Assembly (NCBI GenBank): GCA_964016885.1
Contig: OZ024755.1
Coordinates: forward strand, 28,582,001-28,646,000
Direction: 5' to 3'
Length of the DNA: 64,000 bases
Source of the DNA: Eledone cirrhosa
Taxonomy: Eukaryota
The translations under genes and the position numbers were made by a program. The notes beneath the pieces were generated by a model, which ran no database searches, was not told the DNA's origin, and saw nothing but the letters and a program-made list of their open reading frames with translations. Positions 54,709 to 64,000 of this stretch are shown here, piece after piece (position 1 is the first letter of the stretch; each line of letters begins with the position of its first letter).

Positions 54709-56344
54709 CCCTCTCTCTCTCTCCCTCTCTCTCTCTCTCTCTCGAAGAAGAAGAAGAAGAAGGAGAGAGAGAGGGAGAGAGAGAGAGAGGTTTAAACTAT
54801 TTCTTTGATCTCAAGTGACAACATACAGGTGGCAATCAATTATGTTATAACAAAGTTTCCTGCATGTTTTTTTTTGCCAGAAATTGGAGCTGCTGTTTTA
54901 TTCTTTAAATTGATGATAAATTTCATGTTAACCCTTATCCAACAAAACGACATCTAAAAGTATTCCAGCCAGGTATGCCCTGATAGTTTCATGTAGAAAA
55001 TATTTTCATTTTTTATCTTTCAGTTACCGTATATGCCGGCCCACAAGTCTACATTTGGAGCCTTAAAATATTTCTCCAAAACCAGTGGTCGGCTTGTCTG
55101 CCAAGTATGAAATGTGGAAGTATGCGTGCTGCTTCATCTGAACTACAATTCAGGATTTTAGGGGTCGACGTATACGCCGGCATATACGCTATATGAAAAA
55201 AAGACCAGAACACAAAACATGGACCAGATACCTTTGCAGTTCTATCTATCCACCACCATCGAGCAGGTGGATTCGCGGTATCGATAGAGCGTCAGAAATC
55301 ATGCTTTGCAGCGTAGAGTTGTGGCTCTTTACGGGATATTCAATATGTCTCGATCTGATCTGTATTCAAATATGGTCGAAATCAACTTCATTATTGGCAG
55401 TATCTCAGTTCAAGTTCCACCGAAGTTAACATTACCTTTCATCCTTACGTGGTCGGTAAAATAAAGCACCAGTAATTAACTGAGTTCGATTTAATCGTCT
55501 TTCCTCTCTCTCCTCAAATTGCTGGCCTTAAGTGTATAGCAGTAATCATTTTTTTTTTCATCGACACCAGAAAAACCAAAATGTAAACTTGACTTTGGCC
55601 TTATTTGAACTCAGAGTGCAGTAAAGTAGAAGAAATACGACAATGCATTTCGTTGTACGCTTTTATTATTCTACGAGTTTTTTTCATTGACCAATTTGTT
55701 ACTGAAACGCCCGGTTGATGGTAACTGGTTCAAATTAGGACTCTTAATGTATGCAGCATACTCCAAGTAAACCAATAGAAGAACAGTTATTACACAATTA
55801 CAGTAACGATACAAGTAGGAAAAGCATACGTATGGTCCCGTAACTCCTAATAGAATATCAGGAACGCTGTATTGATAAACGGCGTTTCTTGGACATTTTA
55901 AACCTGGCCGAGCCGATCTCTCTCCTCTCCAGGCGTTAGTACAACAGATTTCTTCCAGACAAAGATAGAAAGTGAGAGAGAGGAAATGAAAAAGAGATAT
56001 AGAGGAAGAATCGACCCCAGTACGAGACTGGTACTTTTTTATACTGACCTGGGAAGTATGAAAGGAAATGTTGAACTCGGAGAGATTTGACCTAAGAGAG
56101 CAGAGAGCCTGAACAAATACCATAAAGCATTCTATCCAGCTCTGCTCATTCGACTTTGCTAAGTCTTCGCCTACCAAAGTATTATCTCATGAATAAACAA
56201 ATAAATATGCATGCAGTGAAAAGAATATTATTATCGTTTGATTAATGGTAAAATTCCTTAAAAGATTTTGTAGGTGTTTTTTAAAGCGTCAGATTTGTAA
56301 GCTTTTTGTTTTAGTTCTCTCCTGTATTATTATATCTCCCTTAC

Positions 56345-56534
56345 GGCGGTGGTTTCGCAGTATCGGTAGAGGGTCGGACGCCGTGCTTTCCAGCATAGTT
56401 ACGTCCCTTTACGATCTGAGTTCATATCCCGCCGAGGTTAACTTTGCCTTTCATCCTTACGGGGTCGATAAAATAAAGTACCAGTAATGCACTGAGGTAA
56501 TTGCTACCTTGTGCCTAAAGTAGAAACAATTATT
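56345..56534 (+). mobile_element. tRNA-derived SINE (Meta-like)
   Basis: Family match; ttattatatctc on both flanks. More decayed copies lie near 19130-19330, 38540-38640, 55262-55548, 56010-56150 and 57650-57800. Confidence 0.87.
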
Positions 56535-56676
56535 ATATCTCTCTTATTTCAGGAGATCGCAACAGAACCAACTCCTGATGGCCAGCCTTCAAACATAGCC
56601 ATTCCAGTTTATACTGATATCATTGTCCCAATGTTAAATATAACGAAATGAGTCACAACTATACTTCATATTTTGA

Positions 56677-57085
56677 AAGATGAAGTTTGAGGCAATGGTT
56701 TCTGTGTTAACACTAGTAAGATGAAGCTTGAGGCAATGGTTTCTGTGTTAACACTAGTAAGATGAAGCTTGAGGCAATGATTTCTGTGTTAACACTAGTA
56801 AGATGAAGCTTGAGGCAATGGTTTCTGTGTTAACACTAGTAAGATGAAGTTTGAGGCAATCATTTCTGTGTTAACACTAGTAAGATGAAGTTTGAGGCAA
56901 TGATTTCTGTGTTAACACTAGTAAGATGAAGTTTGAGGCAATCATTTCTGTGTTAACACTAGTAAGATGAAGCTTGAGGCAATGATTTCTGTGTTAACAT
57001 TAGAAAGATGAAGTTTGAGGCAATGATTTCTGTGTTAACACTGGAAAGATGAAGTTTGAGGCAATGATTTCTGTGTTAACACTAG
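56677..57085. repeat. 41-bp tandem repeat x10
   Basis: aagatgaagtttgaggcaatgatttctgtgttaacactagt. Confidence 0.95.
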
Positions 57086-57257
57086 AAAAACAGAATTGTA
57101 CAGATACAACGGGAAATGCGTAGACTGCTTTTTGCTTGACAAAATATTTCAGATATTTCAGATATTTCAAAATCAAAATAGTATCTATAAAACCAGGTGT
57201 AAGTACCAGAAAAGATGGGAGGCATATAAAAATCTGAACATTATATGCAAATTTGCT

Positions 57258-57400
57258 ACCTCCTTATTCACCACCATAGGCGCTGACCTGGCCAGTCGCA
57301 AGTGTGAGCCTCGCGAGTTGGAATGGCTCTTCCAGCGCACCTCCCTTACCAACCTCCGGGGAAACGCCTTCTCCATTCTATCTGCCGGGGCTGTGGCAAG
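57258..57400 (+). mobile_element. CRE-like non-LTR retrotransposon C-terminal (RLE) fragment
   Basis: IGADLASRKCEPRELEWLFQRTSLTNLRGNAFSIL matches the 'LFQRxSxAxxRGNAxxI' C-terminus; GC-rich island. Confidence 0.75.
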
Positions 57401-57979
57401 GTCAGCAGATGGGACCCCATTTGCTTACCATAGGATTAAGACATATAACCTCTTTTTTTCTTTTATTTACTCTTCTACGATCTCATTTTCCAGTATTTAT
57501 AGTAGAGTCAAATATTCTCGAAATTAAGAATTTTTTTTCATTCCTTTTTCATACAATTGCATGTGCAAATCTAGGAACACTGAGAATTTCAATGGGAACT
57601 TCTTTCCCGTGTTCGTTAAATGTGTCACTTGATGGTTCTTTTTTTCTGTTAACCCCAGTTCTAGATTGGTACATTTTTTTTATCAACCTCGAAAGGATGA
57701 AAGGCAAAGTTCACTGGATTTGAAGGCAGGATTTGAACTGAGAGGGCAGCGAACCAGAACGAATACCATTAAGCATTCTATCCGACGGTCTAACGACTCT
57801 GTCGCGGAAGTAGCAGTAGAAAGGTTGGTCAACTAGTAACAGAGAATGTGGATGAAATTGCAGTAACGGCAGCTGAATACAACAAAAGATTTATTAACCT
57901 ATCTATTTATCTATCTAGTTGCTACTGGGGCTGCTGATGGAAGTATTGGTCTTAGAACAAGCAGCTGCAACAAGTAACT

Positions 57980-58228
57980 TAACAGCAGCAGCAGTAGTAG
58001 TATTAGTGGTAGTAGTAGCAGTAGTAGTAGTAGTGTTAGTGCTGGTGGTGGTAGTAGTAGTAGTAGAAGTAGTAGTAGTAGTAGTGCTAGTGCTCGTGGT
58101 GGTGGTAGTAGTAGTAGTAGAAGTAGTAGTGCTGGTGGTGGTAGTAGTAGTAGTAGAAGTAGTAGTAGTGCTAGTGCTGGTGGTGGTAGTAGTAGTAGTA
58201 GAAGTAGTAGTAGTAGTAGTGCTAGTGC

Positions 58229-58263
<35 letters not shown>

Positions 58264-58495
58264 GAAGTAGTAGTAGTGCTAGTGCTGGTGGTGGTAGTAG
58301 TAGTAGAAGTAGTAGTAGTAGTAGTGCTGCTAGTGCTGGTGGTAGTAGTAGTAGTAGTAGTAGTGCTAGTGATGGTAGTAGTAGTAGTAGTAGTAGTAGT
58401 GCTAATGTTGCTAGTGGTGGTAGTAGTAGTAGTAGTAGTGCTAGTGCTGCTAGTGGTGGTGGTAGTAGTAGCAGCAGTAGTAGTAGTAGTAGCAT

Positions 58496-58526
<31 letters not shown>

Positions 58527-58582
58527 TGCAGTAGTAGTAGTAGCAACAGCAGTAATAGTAGTAGTAGTAGTAGTAGTAGTAG
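57980..58582. repeat. (TAG/TGG/TGC)n compound microsatellite
   Basis: Direct inspection. Confidence 0.9.
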
Positions 58583-58963
58583 GTGTTTTTGTTGTTGCTT
58601 TTTGCTGTTATCTTGTTTCAACCCAATGTCAGCTCCGATTATATAAAATGAATCTATGACCGAAAACAATGCAACTATGACCATTTGGCTGCTCTTTCTA
58701 GCAGATGAAGACAACTGAAGGAAAGGTTGCTGGTCGCTAGCTTACAGAAGAAGCACACTGCTGTGGCGGCCGTAGTGGTTGGTGTAGCAGTGGTAGTTAC
58801 AGTTGTAGTAGCTATGATGAAAGACCGTAGTAGGAAACAAGAAATAGTGGGTGGTGTTACTGAAGAAATGTCAATATCGGCGTCCAACAAGGACAACGAC
58901 AGTGGTGGCTGCTGCAGATATAGCAATTGTGGCTAGCAACAGTTTCATTGGTGGACAACATCA

Positions 58964-59032
58964 CTAGTAGTAGTGGTAGTGGTAGTAGTAGTAGTAGTAG
59001 TTGTAGTAGTAGTAGTAGTGGTAGTGGTGGTA

Positions 59033-59069
<37 letters not shown>

Positions 59070-59092
59070 TGGTGGTAGTAGTGGTGGTAGTG

Positions 59093-59123
<31 letters not shown>

Positions 59124-59170
59124 TTGTAGTAGTAGTGGTAGTAGTAGTGGTAGTGGTAGTAGTAGTAGTG

Positions 59171-59213
<43 letters not shown>

Positions 59214-59224
59214 TAGTAGTAGTG

Positions 59225-59279
<55 letters not shown>

Positions 59280-60850
59280 TAGTAGTGGTAGTAGTAGTGG
59301 TAGTAGTAGTAGTAGTTGTAGTAGTGGTGGTAGTAGTAGTGGTGGTAGTAGTGGTAGTAGTGGTTGTTTTGGTAGTAGTAATAGTAGTAGTGGTGGTGGT
59401 TGTGGTAGTAGTAATGGTAGTATTGGTGGTTGTTGTGGTAGTAGTAATAGTAGTAGTGGTGGTTGTTTTGGTAGTAGTAATAGTAGTAGTGGTGGTTGTT
59501 TTGGTAGTAGTAATAGTAGTATTGGTGGTTGTTGTGGTAGTAGTAATAGTAGTATTGGTGGTAGTTGTAGTAATAGTAGTAGTGGTGGTTGTTTTGGTAG
59601 TAGTAATAGTAGTAGTGGTGGTTGTTTTGGTAGTAGTAATAGTAGTAGTGGTGGTGGTTGTGGTAGTAGTAATGGTAGTAGTGGTGGTTGTTTTGGTAGT
59701 AGTAATAGTAGTATTGGTGGTTGTTGTGGTAGTAGTAATAGTAGTATTGGTGGTTGTTGTGGTTGTAGTAATAGTAGTAGTGGTGGTTGTTTTGGTAGTA
59801 GTAATAGTAGTATTGGTGGTTGTTGTGGTAGTAGTAATAGTAGTATTGGTGGTGGTTGTAGTAATAGTAGTAGTGGTGGTTGTTTTGGTAGTAGTAATAG
59901 TAGTAGTGGTGGTTGTTTTGGTAGTAGTAATAGTAGTAGTGGTGGTGGTTGTGGTAGTAGTAATGGTAGTAGTGGTGGTTGTTTTGGTAGTAGTAATAGT
60001 AGTATTGGTGGTTGTTGTGGTAGTAGTAATAGTAGTATTGGTGGTTGTTGTGGTTGTAGTAATAGTAGTAGTGGTGGTTGTTTTGGTAGTAGTAATAGTA
60101 GTAGTGGTGGTTGTTTTGGTAGTAGTAATAGTAGTATTGGTGGTTGTTGTGGTAGTAGTAATTGTAGTAGTGTTGGTGGTTGTGGTAGTAGTAATGGTAG
60201 TAGTGGTGGTGGTTGTGGTGCTGGTTGTTTTGGAAGTAGTATTGGTGGTGGTGGAGGTGGCGGTGGTTGTTGTTTTAGTAGTACTATTAGTAGTAGTAGT
60301 AGTAGTAGCAGCAGCAGCAGCACTAGTTGTAGTAGTAGTGTTAGCAGTATTATTAGTACTAGTAGTAGCAGCACGAGTAGTAGTAGTAGTGGTTGTGGTG
60401 GTGCTGGTTGTTGTGGTAGTAGTAGTAGTAGTAGTAGTATTAATAGTAGTAATATTGGTGGTGGTGGTAGTGGTGGCACTGAAGTGGCGGTGGTGGTGGT
60501 AGTGGTGGTGGTACTGATGTGGTGTGGGTGGTGCTGATGTGGTGGTGGTGGTGGCACTGAAGTGGCGGCGGTGGTGGCGGTACTGATGTGGTGGTGGTTG
60601 TGGTACTGATGTGGTGGTGGTTGTGGTACTGATGTGGTGGTGGTTGTGGTACTGATGTGGTGGTGGTTGTGGTACTGATGTGGTGGTGGTTGTGGTACTG
60701 ATGTGGTGGTGGGTGGTACTGATGTGGTGGTGGTGGTGGTGGTGGTGGCACTGAAGTGGCGGCGGTGGTACTGATGTGGTGGTGGTTGTGGTACTGATGT
60801 GGTGGTGGTGGTGGTAGTAGTGGTACTGAGGTGGTGGTGGTGGTTGTGGG
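58964..60850. repeat. AGT/GGT triplet array with 24-30-bp higher-order units, then a 23-bp repeat
   Basis: ggtggttgttttggtagtagtaatagtagt units 59360-60200; ggtactgatgtggtggtggttgt units 60579-60810. Confidence 0.9.
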
Positions 60851-61018
60851 CGTGAAGCGCTAGTGAGGTGGTGGCGATGGTGGCTGTAGTGTTAGTAGTG
60901 TTGGTGGTGGAGGAGGAAATATTTCAGAGATGTGCCCAGGATTTTTCCTTCTACGTTATATTCAACAAGCTGAAAAAGGTAAAGGGAGGTAACCAAATTG
61001 CTCCTTGTGGGAATTATA

Positions 61019-61246
61019 TTAACCCTTTAGTACTTATATTACTCTATATATACTATTGTATTTCCATGGGAAACACTACATTTCACATACTTATCTCACG
61101 TAATATCGAATCTACGAGATTTTGATATTATTTATTTTGCGAACAATACCTTAACATCAGTATGAGCAGCCAGTTAAGACCGGTTTGAACAGTAAGAGGT
61201 GAGAGAATTTGGCCGGTTACTGCCAGTTTAAATGCTAAAGGGTTAA
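61019..61246. mobile_element. TTAA-bounded MITE (piggyBac-like)
   Basis: TTAAccctttagtactt ... aaatgctaaagggTTAA. Confidence 0.7.
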
Positions 61247-61638
61247 AGTAGTACGGTAACGGTGTTGGACGCCTAGGTCTGTTTAATCAGAGCTGGTCTA
61301 GGGTTAGCGAGGCTGTATCTATGTAACCGATCCATTTCGCAGAAATAGCACCCATATTTCCATTTATATCAGACCCCGGCTGTCTAGAAAAGAAGGAAAA
61401 AATGAAGGAAAATGGGAAAAATACTCCTTTCTACACATTGTTTAACAATGTGTAGTAATAGCAGTAATAGTAGTATTAGTATTAGTGGTAGTAGTAGCAG
61501 TAGAAGTAGTAATAGTAGTAATAGTAATAGTAGTAGCAGAGGCAGCAATAGTAGTAGTAGTAGCAGCAAAGGCAGTAGTAGTATTAGCAGCCGCAGTAGT
61601 AGTAGCAGCAGCAGCAATAGTAGTAGTTGTAACAGCAA

Positions 61639-61685
<47 letters not shown>

Positions 61686-62256
61686 GTAGTAGTAACCTCA
61701 TCAGATACTTACAGGTTACAACATTAGCACTAAAAAATGCCATTCAGATGTAGAGGTTGTAGTAGCAACTGTATTGAGGCTGATTTCAGAGGTGCTGTTA
61801 GTATCAATCGTTTTGAGACGGTTTTAGGAGGCTCAGCCGAGATATTAGGGCATTTTTTTTCAGGAACGTAATGTCAGGAATGTGATTCCCTTTCCAAACA
61901 GTGCCTTGTGACCTTGATAATTGCATTTACTTCCATCCTGTTCCTGTCTACCCTGCCAGAATTTTAAACAAATGACAATATATAGCAGACGTGTGTAAGC
62001 CTTGCGAGGAAATGGCGTCCCATTTGAAGATACTTTTGTACACTCAGTTGCCTAAAGATTCACAAAACTGAAAATAACTCCGGCTGGGGGTCTCTCGGCT
62101 TTATACACGTTTCACCTAACTTTCAGAAGTAGAGGTGGTACAGTCCTTAGTCCTTCCCTAATAGCTGATGGAACTGTAAATGCTCTGTCACTGCATGCAG
62201 CTGGTCTTGGGCATCGAGGTTCTTTCCATGTCTGCGTACCTAATAATTCTAAAAAT

Positions 62257-62447
62257 AATTGTTTCTTTATTGTTGGCACAAGGCCAGCAATTATACCAAT
62301 GCATTACTGGTACTTTATTTTATCGATCCCGTGAGGATGAAAGGCAAAGTTAACCTCGGCGGGATTTTAACTCAGACCGTAAAGGCGCACAACTCTATGC
62401 TGCAAAGCATGGCGTCCGACCTTCTACCGATATTGCCAATCCACCGC
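62257..62447 (-). mobile_element. tRNA-derived SINE (Meta-like)
   Basis: Reverse complement family match. Confidence 0.87.
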
Positions 62448-62499
62448 TTTCAAAAATGATAAGAACCGTTAATAATCTTTGAAAGAAAACTATGTTGCT

Positions 62500-63251
62500 T
62501 TTAAAGTATAGGTAGTAGTAGCAGGTGTATTTAAAGTATAGGTAGTAGTAGCAGGTGTATTTAAAGTATAGGTAGTAGTAGCAGGTGTATTTAAAGTATA
62601 GGTAGTAGTAGCAGGTGTATTTAAAGTATAGTTAGTAGTAGCAGGTGTATTTAAAGTATAGGTAGTAGTAGCAGGTGTATTTAAAGTATAGTTAGTAGTA
62701 GCAGGTGTATTTAAAGTATAGGTAGTAGTAGCAGGTGTATTTAAAGTATAGGTTGTAGTAGCAGGTGTATTTAAAGTATAGTTAGTAGTACCAGGTGTAT
62801 TTAAAGTATAGGTAGTAGTAGCAGGTGTATTTAAAGTATAGGTAGTAGTAGCAGGTGTATTTAAAGTATAGGTAGTAGTAGCAGGTGTATTTAAAGTATA
62901 GGTAGTAGTAGCAGGTGTATTTAAAGTATAGGTAGTAATAGCAGGTGTATTTAAAGTATAGGTAGTAGTAGCAGGTGTATTTAAAGTATAGGTAGTAGTA
63001 GCAGGTGTATTTAAAGTATAGGTAGTAGTAGCAGGTGTATTTAAAGTATAGTTAGTAGTAGCAGGTGTATTTAAAGTATAGGTAGTAGTAGCAGGTGTAT
63101 TTAAAGTATAGGTAGTAGTAGTAGGTGTATTTAAAGTATAGGTAGTAGTAGCAGGTGTATTTAAAGTATAGGTAGTAGCAGCAGGTGTATTTAAAGTATA
63201 GGTAGTAGTAGCAGGTGTATTTAAAGTTTAGGTAGTAGTAGCAGGTGTATT
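62500..63251. repeat. 30-bp tandem repeat x25
   Basis: tttaaagtataggtagtagtagcaggtgta. Confidence 0.97.
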
Positions 63252-63366
63252 AAGAGCTGCTTTCAGAAGTCGCGGTGGTGGTAGAAGTTGTATTAAAGTT
63301 GCTTTCAGAAATACAGTTGATAGTAGCAACTGTATTAAGGGGTGTTTTAGCCTGCGTCACTAAAAG

Positions 63367-63562
63367 CAGGCATGTCAAACTTAGGGGTCCCCGAGGGCGA
63401 CATGGGTCACATATATGTTGTCTGAGGGTCACACACGACAACTTAATTGCGCACATTACAACTAGATAAAACATGCTCGCCAAGATAAAACATGCTCGCG
63501 GGCCGCAGGTGTGCTTGTAAAGAGCCGCATCCGGCCCGCAAGCCGCATGTTTGACATGGCTG
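63367..63562. mobile_element. hAT-type MITE (196 bp)
   Basis: TIRs caggcatgtcaaac / gtttgacatggctg; 8-bp TSD actaaaag/acttaaag; subterminal ggccgc motifs. Confidence 0.85.
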
Positions 63563-63752
63563 ACTTAAAGTATCTCAAAACTCGACACGCATCGAGTATC
63601 TAAATATGGTGCAATCATCCCACTTCAGGTCCTAGAAAATTGATATTTTCCCTCGAGAATGACTGAAGAGAAAGGGAGAAGAGATATATAGAGAGAGGAA
63701 GCGAAACTAAAACCAGCATCTCTGATTAGTACATTACTTATAGACACTGAAA

Positions 63753-63939
63753 AATCGCGGTGGATTGGCAGTATCGGTGGAGGGTCGGACGCCATGCTTT
63801 CCAGCATAGTTACGTCCATTTACGATCTGAGTTCAAATCCCGCCGAGGTTGACTTTGCCTTTCATCTTTACGGGGTCGATAAAATAAAGTACCAGTAATG
63901 CACTGGATAATTGCTGGCCTTGTGCCTAAAGTAGAAACA
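63753..63939 (+). mobile_element. tRNA-derived SINE (Meta-like) with 20-bp TSD
   Basis: attacttatagacactgaaa at 63733-63752 and 63940-63959. Confidence 0.9.
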
Positions 63940-64000
63940 ATTACTTATAGACACTGAAAGGATGAGTTTAATTCGGCGTCATTTGAACATTTATCAACAG

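Noticed and set aside
56677-63251. 41-bp and 30-bp arrays as CRISPR or telomeric repeats
   Set aside because: Head-to-tail minisatellites without spacers or TTAGGG

Overview
Eukaryotic, AT-rich, repeat-dominated DNA. It is most consistent with an octopus/cephalopod genome (inference from the SINE, L1/Tx1 and mariner families and the microsatellite load). I found no confidently supported host gene, and most listed ORFs are microsatellite or minisatellite read-throughs. The centrepiece is an apparently intact Penelope-like retroelement (PLE) with a Naiad-type 819-aa RT + GIY-YIG ORF (44527-46986). It has a 211-bp terminal direct repeat (pLTR), a 1.1-kb 5' inverted copy and a minimal hammerhead ribozyme (HHR) whose predicted cleavage site matches the 5' end of the element exactly. 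Around it, nearly all inserted in (TA)n tracts, are a decayed second PLE, a GIY-YIG fragment and several small non-coding element families. Seven sequence-distinct type I hammerhead motifs occur in the window in total. The small elements include a 483-bp circularly permuted retrozyme-like unit, tail-outward inverted insertions and one chimera joining two families. The window also holds tRNA-derived SINEs, RTE/L1-Tx1/CRE LINE fragments, Helitron and mariner remnants, hAT and TTAA MITEs, and large minisatellites. All RNA structures were folded by eye and have not been computed.
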